64,000 nt of DNA, taken from NCBI GenBank assembly GCA_965645245.1, contig OZ287071.1, positions 1,426,001 through 1,490,000 on the forward strand, read 5' to 3'. Shown here piece by piece: positions 12,734-24,955 of this stretch. The translations under genes were made by a program, and so were the position numbers. A model generated the notes under the pieces. That model did no database searches. It was not told where the DNA came from and was given only the letters and a program-made list of their open reading frames with translations. The stretch comes from Massalongia carnosa (lineage: Eukaryota). Position 1 is the stretch's first letter. Every line of letters begins with the position of its first letter.

Positions 12734-15700
12734 CTATCGGCTTGATGTTTTCGATTTTCTGGCCAGCCAATCCCCCAATAACCCATCCAGCTGATTGGAT
12801 AGCTCCCCCAGCTTTCGGTTTTCCTCCTTGAACAGGTTTCTCACCAACGGGTGGTTGAGATCTGCAGGCTTGACGTCCGATTTGTCGTGTACAACGAGAA
12901 GTAAATCTCGAACATCGCTATCATCCTCAAGATACGCCCGTAAGCTCGCATCACTCCATGTGGGTGTGTTGCTGGGCGATTGGGTTGTGGAGGCTGGGGT
13001 TGCTTGGCTGTTGTTGCCTTCGCGAGGGGCTTCAACAAGCTCGGGTGATGAAGCAGGCGATACAGGTGAACCAGATGGATCTTCCTGAGACGAAGTATCA
13101 ACCATCAGAGGAGGTGGTTGGGTACGCAACTGATCTGGAATGTCAACTTGCACGGGCGACTCCGATAGGCGTTCCTTGGACTCGGTGGTATGGGCTGAAA
13201 GGCCATCATTTCTTTGCATCAATGGAGCTGAAGTCTCCTCAATATCGGTTGACGAGTCATTTTCATCCAATGGCATCCGTTTTTTTGGTATTTTTTGTTT
13301 TCCTGGGGTTAATTGCGAAATTTGGTCAATACTTCCTTGTTGTGTAGCTTTCTGCTCCGCCTGCACATTCTGATCTTGTAACAATTCAGGGGTATCCCCA
13401 CGTCGTGATGGAGTTACATCTTTATCTAGTTGTGTTGCTACGTGCTGGACTACATGTGTTGATCTAGCATTCCCAACCATAGATGCTGTAACATCCTGTT
13501 GAGGCGTAGCGACTCTTTGATCGGCTGGAGTTAGTACTTGAGAAATCGGCTCTCGAGTGTGCCCCTTTTGAGGAGATGGGATCTTCGCAGGCGGTGCTTT
13601 TTGTAACTTGCTGATTTGTCGTTGCGGTTGAGCCGTTCCCTTCGAAGCTTGGGTGTCTTGGTGCAAAGATTCCATGGACTCCTTCGGTTGAGAGTCTCTA
13701 AGTAGTTCTTCTGATACCTTTTCATTATCTTCAACCTCTTCTTCAAGCCCCTTGTTCTTCTTCTCTCTTCGTTTGAAAAGGCCACTCAACATGCCTTTCT
13801 TCTCCTTGCGCTTTTTGTCCTCTTTCGATTTCTCGGGTTGTGACTGGGCCTTTTCAAGCGAATCAAGGCTTCCTCTGGTTTTCAGCTGCCACCACCTTTA
13901 GCTTACATACACGAGGCATGAAACAAAACGTACATCTTTAGTGTCGACGGATTTTACCGTAGATCCACTCGAGTCATCCCGTAAAAGACTAGGCGTGAGA
14001 TTAATCTTCCGGGTCTCTACGCTATCGTCCTTGAAGAAGGAGTCGGTGTTCCGCACGGTTCCTTTTTTAGATTTACTATTACTACCTTCATCTACATATG
14101 TTAGCAAAGCCCAGCATGATGGGTAAGAATATTACCAGAGCGTTCTGAAGTCTCGTCACCTATGCGATCACTATTGGGTTGAGTTATTTGATCCGCTTCA
14201 CTATCCCGTACTTCTACTAGAGCTTGCGATTCATTGACTGTGGTGACCTCATCATTGAGTTTATCGTGGGAGGAGTTCATAGCTATAATTTCGTTCCCGT
14301 TTTTATCTTGTTCCTCGCTTTGGTGCTCATGGCTTCCTTGAGCACTCTCCTCGCCATCCTCCTCCTCTGTCGAATAGTCCACCTCGGATGCTTCATAGTA
14401 AGTAGGCGCAGCGAAGTGAACCGATTTGGCATTACGCCGGCGTATGGCTTGCTTCAACGGGTTCTTTGGCTTGTCAGAGTTATCTCCAAGCATTGTCTGC
14501 GATAGCTACGTTGTGTCAGCCGGGTCAATATACATCGCTTGACTCTTACATCGATGTTCCTATGTTTGTTTAATCTCGCTAGCCTTTCCGTAGGCGTCTC
14601 GATATGCTCCGCAGGGAGGTAGCCTAAATTGTCAGAGAAATCACAACGTTCAATCACTTGGGCTGACCAATGCTACCATCCTTCACAACCCGTACGAGCC
14701 ACCAATAACTATTGGTATCATCTAGAAGAACCATGGTGTCCCCTTTGGTGGCGTTGGCTTGGCCTTCAACCGTGGCGACAAAAGTGTGTAGAGCATATAC
14801 GAAGTCGAAATCGATGTCTTCTGTGTCGCGTAAGCACTCTCCACCCCAGCCTGAGTCGATAAAACGTGAATCATCAATAAAAGAAATGTCCTCATAATCA
14901 TCATCCCTGCTTGGCGAGCGACCTTCCCAGGACGATGCCGACGATGTCGAGGATGGAGACGGGCTCGCCGGAGGAGACGACAAAGGAGCATCATCAAAAC
15001 TGTTGTCCAGTATAGGATCATCCGGAGGGAGGAGCAGGTGGTGAAGATTCGCAGAGCCCAGATCGGCATCGTAAGAATCCTGCGTGTCATCAAATTCCTC
15101 GTAAAAGTTGCTTACATGCTGGTCAGTCCTTGTTGAGCTTGATCGGTTGCCGCTCTCGTTTTCGTAGTCATCGTTGAGAGAGGAAACGTCGGCCGTAGTA
15201 TACCCACCCTGATGATGATTATCCTTTGGGGGGTCCAGGTCCGGCTTTTTCTGCGGGCAGAAGAAAGGAAAGTGTACGGGAGGCGAAAGAAATGGAGAAG
15301 AAGAGAGGAATTCATGACTGGGCGGTGGGAGAGCCGCATCTTCCATAGAGGTAGTAAAGAAATTTAGGGAATCGCCACGGCTGGGCCAAGGTAATGGTAA
15401 ATGATACCCACCATCTTCAATTGAGGGAGAGCTCGACATTTTGTCCATCATATCGTCGTCCAAGCCATCATCTCCATCGCCATCACCACCATCCATCTCC
15501 TCTCCATGGCCTCCATGGCGTTGCAAATGATGTGGGTCTTGGTCGCTAGCATTGGTGCTATCGAAAGAATCGGTATCTTCGTGTAGTAGCTGTAGCTCCT
15601 TATTCGACAAATCTTGCGAGTGCCGTGGACTTCGAGGGTGGAATTCGACATCCTGCTCAGCATGTCTAAGAGCAATGGCTTGGTGCGGAGCAGGTGGACC

Positions 15701-15910
15701 ATCACCTAGCGGTCCGGGGTGGGCAGGTTGACGGGTATGATCTTTGGCAGATGGCGCATCATGCGATTGAAGATCGATAGTGTCTGCCAGTCAAGGATTA
15801 GCCATGCGATGAACTTCTCAAAATGTTTCCAGATTCTGCTTTTGCGGCGCCTTCATGAGAAAGGATTAGAGTTACGGCACACCTGCTCTAATAATCTGAG
15901 GCCTTGTCAT
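12734..15910 (-). CDS. tea4: SH3-domain cell-end marker protein, Tea4/TeaC/Bud14 family
   Basis: Exon 1 MTRPQIIRA joins DTIDLQ. SH3 domain FVYALHTFVATVEGQANATKGDTMVLLDDTNSYWWLVRVVKDGSIG|YLPAEHIETPTERLARLNKHRN, PP1-docking RVxF-like KSVHF, C-terminal WSDASLRAYLED. Confidence 0.85.
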
Positions 15911-16520
15911 TGCGGTGAAAGGGAACCTCTAGCCCTAGGACTCGATTGCGCTTGGAAAATGTATAATGCTAGACTTTGACGAATGGAAGGGCTAGATGAG
16001 GTCGACATTCGCAGAAGTTGTGCGTATATCTACTGCAATGGTGATCTATGTCCCCTGCCTGCAAGATTCCTCGTGGCTAAAACCTTATCGTTGACCTCTA
16101 CCAAGGTGTCTCCGGGTGTTCGTTGTCACAAGTTAGCAAGGGTGGGGATGAGGTGTTATCGTAGCTACACATCCAAATGGTATGGAAGTAGGTCAAGATC
16201 ACACACTTAATGGGAAGCTTCCAAAATTGTCGTGTGATAAACCTGGACTGGGGGGGCGGCGGGGGCAGAAATAAAGTTTCAGGAACGAGGTTTCACCATC
16301 CAATCCGCTTCAACGTCGTCGCGCGCCGAATCATTCAGATGTCAAGACCTTCGCAACACGACTTTACCGTTGGCGATAAAGTAAATATCCAACGGTTCAA
16401 TCGGTTTAACAGCGGGATAACTTTACCTCTTATAGATGGTTAGATTTAGGTATACAAGACCACTAACCAAAATCCCCATTCGCTCCAATCTCCCACTTGT
16501 CTTTGTTATTCGGGCACCAC

Positions 16521-17909
16521 TCACCCTACAAGAACCAACTCTTCACCTCCCAACCCTCCCTTCTCCTCAACCCCTGACCCTCCTTCCGTCTCCTCGCTCC
16601 CTTCGTACCATCCGCTTTCCACCCACTTCACCACAAGTTCCTTTGCCCTCTGACTCATCCCGTAGTAACCTTTGTTTTCTCGTGGGGAAAACATGCTCAC
16701 ATGCGCCTCCATCTCGTCGGTCGCTTTTTCAATTAGGACCTTCTCAAACCCCTTTCGATTCCGCTCGCTTTTCGGAACGGTGCAAAAGGTCCTCTCCCCC
16801 AATCCGCCTTGAGCGCTGATTTCCAGAAAACCTTTGGCAATCGTCTGTCCCTGCGCGCCCTTCCCAAGCACCGTCACCAAATTCTTGAACCCAATCCCTT
16901 TCTCCTCTTGCAGCTGCACTACGTGCTCCAACCGTATCTTAAGCTCCTCCCCGCGCATGAGGCAACCGACAAATTCCAGGTGACTTCCCACCCAGCTCCA
17001 GCCCTCGGTGATGGTATCGCGCTTTAGATAAGCAGCGGCACCCCCCGCCGCCAAAGCCCCAGCAGCACCGGCGAACATGGCGTATTTTCCCCAGCGCTGC
17101 CAGACGGGCATCGCTGCGGCATCGGAATTCTTGGCCGTCATGCTGGCCGCCATGGCATCTTTCGCCGATTCGGGGCCAGGAAGGAGGGCTTTAGGCTTTT
17201 GGGAAGAAGGGGAGTTTGGCGGAGACTTCGACGCGGCGCCGTAGCCAAAGACGGAGGCGACTTCCGATATGGTGGCATAGGCAGAGGATGCAGTCTTGTA
17301 GTGGGTTTCTGCGCCTTGGGCGATGACGCTGGGGGAAATGCCAAGGTAAGGGGTATCAAAAGCGAGGATGCCTTGAATGTAGGGAAACATGAACGAGTTG
17401 GCGGAGGATTGCGAGGAGAATGAGGTTCCAGGAGATTGAATGGGATGGCTCGAAGTTGGGATGGGAGAGTCCGAGGTGATGGAAAGAAGAGCTTCGGCTG
17501 CGACGATTCCGCCCATCGAATGCCCGACCAAGACTGTGCGGACTGAAGGATCTATGGTGGGTGAGGGTGTAGAAGCCGAGACTTCGAGATCGATGACCAC
17601 ATTCTGAAGCCTGTCAATGCTTAGCCCTGTCTTTCGGAGAGGGTCAATTAACGGACCATTCTCTAAATCTACCCACGCATTCCTTTAGGTCCCCCCGAGT
17701 TTCGAATTTAGGATAGGTCACCACTACAACGGAAATCTTTGGGAGGGCATGGCTGACGAGGGCTCGAAGATGTTCTGGGAACCCACCAAAGGTGTCATCA
17801 CCGCCCTAGGGATTGGTTTAGTTTCACATTTGAAATTCATCTGGAAAGTATTTGAAGGGCTGCGTACTTTAAAGCCATGTATGAAGCATAATAGCAATGT
17901 TCTATGCAT
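16521..17909 (-). CDS. DUF676-like alpha/beta-hydrolase fold protein
   Basis: MHRTLLLCFIHGFK|GGDDTFGGFPEHL...YPKFETRG, nucleophile elbow VLVGHSMGG, GILAFDTPYLG. Two introns near the 5' end. Confidence 0.8.
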
Positions 17910-18481
17910 TCTACTACAGCTACACCTGCATAATAACTGAAGACGTGACGAATGCACTCTGAACAAGAATGACGTTGCCGAGATCTTCCCATGATCGCTT
18001 ATCAATAGAATAGGGCTTGTCACATGATCTATTAGCCTGTTCGCTTGGCTGGAAGTTATTCGTGTTTAATTTTGGAGATTTGCTTCTTTCACAGATGAAG
18101 TGCATTGATCTTGGCTTCTTATCTGATGGACATCAATTCCCATGCCAATCAAAGGCGTTCAACAGGCGTCCAGCTATTTTATTGGCTATCAGATAAGAAG
18201 ATACAGGTTCCCGAAATGCCACTGAGCTACAATTCTCCTGGCTTTTCCTCCAAGTTCCACTCTGATTTACACCTCGAGCAGATACACAGTTCGCCACCAA
18301 AAATGTTCAAAACGCCATTGATGGTCAATCATGCATGAAGCACCATTTGAGAGCCCACAAAATGCATACCTCATAATTTTAGCGCCAACGCAATGCAGAC
18401 AAGAAAGCGCCATACAGTGCAATGATAGAAAGCCATTATATGATAAGCTGTAGAGTCAAAGAAACGCTGAAATGTATGGGA

Positions 18482-20498
18482 TCAAGCATGTCTAGGATGC
18501 GGTAAGAGATGTGGTATTGGTATTTGTTGTGATGGTAGCCAGTTGTCGTGATGCATGTAAGGTAGTACACCAGCCCTTCGCTCACTGATTGGCTTGCCCA
18601 AAGGCTGATAATGCATCTGATCAAACCCTAAATGCAGGGGCGGATCATGCATTGAAGCCGAAGGAGGAGGTACGAGAAGCGTATTGACACTTCGAACTGG
18701 TTTGTAGGGCGAGCTTCGTGATATGGGATAACCGGAAGGTGAGTGGTGGCTAGGCGTTTGATGTGATGAAGGGAAATTGTGAGATGTTGGCGAAGGCGTT
18801 CCGGAGCCAGGCGGATATGGTGAGCGTTTGCTTGGCCACTCGCTCATGGGAGATATGGCAGTTCCCTGGAAATAAGAGGGCTGCAACGACGGCAACATAC
18901 CGTTTTGCGGCCACCTGCTTGGCCCGGGAAACGCCGTGGAGACGGATCTCGACGGCATCGGCAGTTGAGCTGGGGATGAACCATGATAGCTACCGTAGGG
19001 ATGATTGGTAGAAATTGTTAAATTCGGCATGGGTAGCCTTGGCATGGCGGAAGGGATGCCTTTCCCGGCCGAGGGGGTCGAGGTGCTTGTGAAACTTGCC
19101 GTTTGGCTCAACGACATCCGTTTTGAAGGGTGCTCTTGACCCGGGTCGTCATGACTCCTTTTCCGCCCAAAGTTTCGAAAATCGACCACTGGAGGTTGTG
19201 CGGTGGGCGACGACGTAGATGGTGGAAGATAGGGTTGATGGCAAAAGTTCTGATTATCGAGAGAAGGATTCGTGGCAAACGGTGGCGATGTCTGCGTGGA
19301 GGCTGGAGGCGATGGGAGGTCTTGACGAGCGTTAGATATAGGTATGGGTAGATTGACCGATTTCAGCGTTCCCTTCGAAGGTTTCGAAGCCATATCAAAA
19401 TAGTTCCAGAATTTCCCTAATTTGACATGCCACGTCTTCCATTCCTTGTCGGATGCATAAAGGGTATACCTCATGTTACTGAGGAACTCGACCTCCATGA
19501 CATGTATTTCTTGGACGGATATTCCCGAAACCTCGGCCCAGGTCTTATTCGTGTACGTGTTATCATCGAGGACTGAAACATGTCAGCTCGGCCTTCGCCC
19601 CAACCGCATGAAAGATTACATTTGTTCCCCAACATCAACGCTACCGTGAGCAGCCTGAATTCGCTGCCGAGCTTTCCCTTCACCCCTGGATTAAGCATCT
19701 TTAATCGATAGATGAACATTAAAGCCAGCAGGATGACATTTTGTGTCACCTGGGTGGTCGAGAGGATTGTTGTGACCCATTTTTGGAATCCTATTGCAGG
19801 AACTGCCTCCGGCACCAGCGGGCTAGCAGGCATAGGCGTGGTTTTCGATTCCTCGACAAGATGAAGGATGAAGGATGATTCAAACCAAAATAAGCATGTA
19901 ATCTGTCCATAATCAATAGCTGCTCTTATCGATGGAAGGCCCAACGTACCTGAGCTGCAAACTCCGCTAGACTTCCTTTGCTATCATTGATAGTAGATGG
20001 TATTTGCAGATAGGAAGCTATAGGATTGCTTGCTAGCGTATTCCTCCCTCGTGGCTGCCCCCTGGACAGAGCAGTCTCCCTTTGAAAGGTTGGACTTTGA
20101 GGTCGAGGAACGGATGAACGGAAATCGTGAGATGGAGGAGCTTTGCTATGATACTTGATACTTGCCACGGTGCCCAAACTTGTAGCATGTGGTCCGGTGG
20201 TGGACCTTACCGCCGGGACGCTTTTGTATTGTAATCCTCCTACGTTTGGTGCCAACAAAGGGTTGACGCTCACTCCATTCATCTCTTTTGGTGGTGTTCT
20301 CAATCCGTTGGCAGCAGCCGAGTGCTGTAACCAGTCATTCACCGAGTGCTCATCCAACCGGAACCTCTTCTGGCAAGAGCTTCTTTCCACCTGTTCAGCG
20401 TCTGGTGATCGTGATAGAGGAGGGAGGTGGTAGTTCAAGGTGTAATGGTTCGAGGCCAGCGTCGAAGGCATCGAGAGAGGGGGATTGACTTCGATCAT
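18482..20498 (-). CDS. CLG1: Pcl/Clg1-like cyclin
   Basis: Cyclin box GSLAEFAAQ|ITCLFWFE..FQKWVTTILSTTQVTQNVILLALMFIYRLK..LLTVALMLGNK|FLDDNTYTNKTWAEVSGI..MEVEFLSNMRY, followed by a long Pro/Ser-rich tail. Two introns. Confidence 0.85.
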
Positions 20499-21169
20499 TG
20501 ATGCAACAGTTTTTATGTAGTCAACAACGTGATGAGGTCAAGGTTTAACCACCGTATTCCAGGGATCGAGGTATTCGAAGGAATCTGCGTCTGGCAACGT
20601 CGGTCGTTCCTTCTTGAATAGTCATTGGCATGCTGGGAACCCAAGCTGACTAGGCATGGGAATTAAATTGTTGAGGTCAAATCATTGGTATCCACTGGTA
20701 TTATACAGAGATCTAAGGAATGACGAGAATCAATAGCTGAAAGGCTATGGAGCTAAGTGAATGTTCCGAAGGCGGCTTTGCGTAATGGTCAGATTCAGAA
20801 TGAAGACTAATGACGAAAGAGGTTGGGACGGTCAAGTAATTTGGCCTTCGTTGAAGGGGGAACAGGAAGTAATTAATGAACGAGCATGCCCCGGAGGAGA
20901 GTGATTTGTGTTATGGAACAAGAAGGGAAGGAAAGGGAAATCGAAAGGGAAAATAGGATGAAAGCATCACATTCTCTTGGATACCGTCGCAGGCCAAGGG
21001 AATGAAGGATGATGCGTTGCTCATCAGAACACAATCATTCAGTTTAGGGCAAAACATGATCCAGGCATAGACATGACATGGTATGGGATTGGGGTTGGGG
21101 TTGATGGTTGCTGGTTGCTGGTTGCTGGTCGCTAGTATGAATTATTCTGGCTAATACAGAGGGGGAGGG

Positions 21170-21218
21170 TACAGAGTACGGAGCACGGAGTACGGAGTAA
21201 GGTACAGAGTACAGCGTA
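21170..21218. repeat. Degenerate 7-bp (GTAC[AG]GA) array containing TACGGAGTA
   Basis: tacagagtacggagcacggagtacggagtaaggtacagagtacagcgta. Confidence 0.8.
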
Positions 21219-23570
21219 GTCAGAGAGCTACTAATGGATCCCTGAACAAAGCGAGAGGCTAATCACATTATCACGGAAGTTCGTCTTGATTTTGTTTTTT
21301 TGCGTATTTTTCTTTTTTTTTGGAGGGGTGATGTGTTTCTTTCGTCATGAAAGCTTTGTGCGTCTTTTGCTTTGTCGTGGGGTTTGGGCGAAGCGAGAAG
21401 CAGGGAAGTAGTGGTGCGAAAAGTCCGTTCCCGGATCAATGAATCACGCCAAGCCAATTTGATTACGGAGCAGGAACAGAGTCGGTACAGAATGACTCTG
21501 TACGGGAGTACCAAACCCGTACTGGCCACCTCTATTCGTAATCTTTTGCCCATCAGGTGTTTTTTTGCTTACAATTTTTGCTTACAAGGGGGAGAGAAGG
21601 GTCGCAAGGGCCAACCAGATATGTAACACTCCAAATAGCGATCCACAGCGATCCAACATACAGAATACCGAACGCGGTGTGCCGTGAATGTGAATTAATC
21701 TCACGCTTTGGGTTAGATCCTAGAGGCGAGGCAAGGTAAAATTCATGATATGTCGTAACTTTTGCGCCTTGTTGTTGTTAGCGGTGCGTGTCGGGTGTGA
21801 TGGCTTGGAGATAAATTTGTTCTTCGTTAGCCAGCCGCGATGTGACTGCCTTTGGCTGTAACTCCGCGCAAGTGAGGATGTATAATCTGTGTGGTGTGTA
21901 GTAGGTTTTTCTATATTGCCGCCATGTCATGTTGGGATCAGCCAATGAGATTGGTTGCACGCTAACTGCTGAGAATCATCATATCCGAGAGAGGCAAAGG
22001 TGATTGCTGTGTAATTGTACTCCGTACTCTGCACTCCGTACCTGGGTGCTCAGCACACAGAGTACGGAGTAGAGTACTCCATTGATACGAATGCAAACAA
22101 GGTGAATAAGTGGGGGTTTCTGAGTTTAATGGGATCCGCTGTGTCAGATTCACTGATGAGTTCAACAAATCAGGTCTCGAGAGGCTTCAAAAAGGGCTGG
22201 TGGGTGGGTTTGGGAAATGGCAAGGTACCTTGGAGATAGGAAGGCAGGCACATGCACCATGATGTTTTCAACACCACTAATAGCGACCAAATGATCATAG
22301 ACAAAACCTTCCACCTCCCAAAGGATGGAACTTTCCAAGTGCTCGGCAAGATGTAGGGGAGACAGGCGAGTATGAGATCCAGATCTACCCAAACAAGAGT
22401 TAAATGATACATGTCTACTCGGATACTATGTACTCTGTACCAAGTACAGAGGACATATGAAGGCAAAAGTATCTAGATCTTGATAGGTTCGGTACTGTGG
22501 CTCTGTCATGCGATGAGTGATGAATGCTGACTGCTCATGAAATGTGGTGGGCGTCGTGGCATGTGCTAGTGCGAGTAATTTATTCAGAAGTCAGTCACCG
22601 TGTTGTACCCAAAAACAAACGGAAGGTTGTAGGAGGACTGGATTCGACCAATGAAACGAGGTTAATGATAATTCGTCCACGACTAAGAGATATCTTCTTC
22701 TCGCTTTAATGAACCCCTTTAAAGGCGAGAGTGCACTCCGTAAAGCTGGTTGGTGACTTACTCGAATCAATGTCACTCCCGTGACTCCCCCCACTACTTT
22801 GCCATCTACCGATTTGGTCTATGAATAATCATGTCATTCCGTGATTCGTGTACAAGTACTCCGCACATGCTTTTTAGGCTAACAAAAGTCCGTCGGCATG
22901 GATCAAATTTCCGCTAAACTTACATCCTGCGATGATGCCGCCGGCCTCATCGCCTTCTGGCTGACTGACTAGCCAGGTCATGGGTCACTTGCGACTTCGG
23001 CCTTTGAATTTTCATCGTCGGTTTCAATCCAGACTGACGGGGAAATGGTTACTGATACAACACAGAGCGATAGTGGTCATTCGCTTCGCATGCACAGTGC
23101 GACCATTTGCTCAAGACCCCGTGTTCGCAAATTTTCCTGGCGCAGCACACGCAGCAGCTGAACGAGGACCGTGGATCTATGCGCTAAAGGTGTTGGCAAT
23201 CCGAACGAATGCACTTGGACGGATCACGAGACTTGGGCCATGCAATCAAGGAGCTGAGCGGTGATGGATCATGGATGGATGGGAGTCGGCTGGGAAAATG
23301 GGTGGCCACCGTCCGGTTTCATAGGCAGTGATGCAACTTAAGGGTGGTACTATTAGGTACTTACCTTACTGTAAGGTTCGCTGACTTGTTGTTTTTTCGT
23401 TCAGGTAATCCATCAGTAGTCGATCCGGCAAGACTTGTCGCTTTGATAGGGGATCAGCAGGTTTTACATTGGTTGCCTGTAATGTTCCATTTCTTTCCCT
23501 TTTCTTTGGAATCAAGCATACCTATCTTCACGATCAGTCCTCCAGCGTCCTCTTGCATATAACGCTAGGA

Positions 23571-23688
23571 GCCTAAGTGGCTAAGTGGCTACCTAAAAGG
23601 CCAAGGGGCTATGAGGCTAAAAGGCTAAGAGGCTAAGGCTAAGAGGCTAAGGCTAAGAGGCTAAGAGCTAAGGGGCTAAGGGGCTAAA
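23571..23688. repeat. (GGCTAA) minisatellite, 10 exact copies plus variants
   Basis: GGCTAA starts at 23579, 23615, 23623, 23631, 23637, 23645, 23651, 23659, 23674 and 23682. Confidence 0.9.
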
Positions 23689-24920
23689 TGAAGAGCAAGG
23701 AAGTCAGGAAACCTTTTGGGGGGGGGTTTTGGCGGCTATGCCTTGCAATAAAGTAAACGCCCGTCCGTCTAGACTCAGCGAATTACACATGCCGGTATAA
23801 TAAGAGTACCTCAGACCCAAGTGGCATGATGTGCAACGGGGCGGTGGGCCAGTATCGGTAGAGTGGAGATAGGCTTTTCAATTTTCTCACGCCTCCAACA
23901 ACTCTGTTCGATCGCTGCATAAGAAAGCTATCGTACCGCCTCCGGTAATGAGTAAAAAAGCTAGGCCAAGATAACACGCGGGTGATGAATGCTCCCTTAG
24001 CAGCTCCTGTTGCATTCATCACATTCAGAGAGTAGCGTCCGAAGAGTCCGAGAGCTACAAAGAGCCCCGCAAACTATAATTATCGAAAGCGATTGCTGTT
24101 TGGCGATGATGACGCGGATGATAAGAGCTAATATTACACCACCGACTCCTAGAGGTTTGAAAAAAGGCATCCTGCGGTGTTGGCGTCGGGTATAGAGATG
24201 TGGTAGGATACTTTTGGTGTAAAAGGCGTCTTTTTACGAGAATGTTTGATTTGGATGGATGAGGTGATTTTTGCTTATCTGTCGCGGTGGATGTAGGATT
24301 CGTTTAAAGGGTTACCAGAATTGGGTTCAAGACTTGTAAATAAGTTAAAGAGGAGAGCATTGAGGGGTAACTTGCAGGCTTGAGACTTTCGAGACCTTAA
24401 TTTTTTGGACACTAACCTATCAGCCTCTTTCATTCCGGAGGGAGGATAGGTCCACGAATTCCTCTTCCAGGCAAGGATAGAACTGTCTGTCTCTCCTCTC
24501 TTGCCTCTTCTAGACAAGGTGCAAATCGTTTAGAACATGTTCCGACTGTCTAGTATTACTCCGTCTGTACCTTCGTATCATGCTTTTCCCATTATCCCCT
24601 CCCATTTCTAGGCGTCAGTTTTCGCTATCTCCATGGATCTTACCGGCAGGCAAACAAAGCATGGCCGAATGCGGGAATGATTGGTGGCGGCAGTGACCCC
24701 TCCGTCAGGAGGGCATTTCATGTTCTGGCCCTCGGGTCAAACTTCTCCACCTCCTCGAATAACTGTCTGTAATGAGACAATGTGGAATCTGCCGCCGAAG
24801 ACAAAACCAACTCACTTGCAGCCAATGAGGCATGTGGTGTTGTTGCCGGGAAAACCGATTCCACTGGGTCAAACGCTACGGGAACTACGATGGCAAGAGA
24901 ACAAGAGTTTTCAATTCGAC

Positions 24921-24955
24921 AGAATCGCAGAATCGCAGAATCGCAGCATCGCAGC
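24921..24955. repeat. 8-bp tandem repeat (AGAATCGC)x~4
   Basis: agaatcgcagaatcgcagaatcgcagcatcgcagc. Confidence 0.9.

Noticed and set aside
23358..23366. TACTTACCT as a U1 snRNA 5' end
   Set aside because: No U1 stem-loops or Sm site follow. It is at most a minus-strand splice donor, and I could not pair it with an acceptor.
23571..23688. GGCTAA array as interstitial telomere or CRISPR
   Set aside because: It does not match TTAGGG and has no unique spacers, and the context is eukaryotic.
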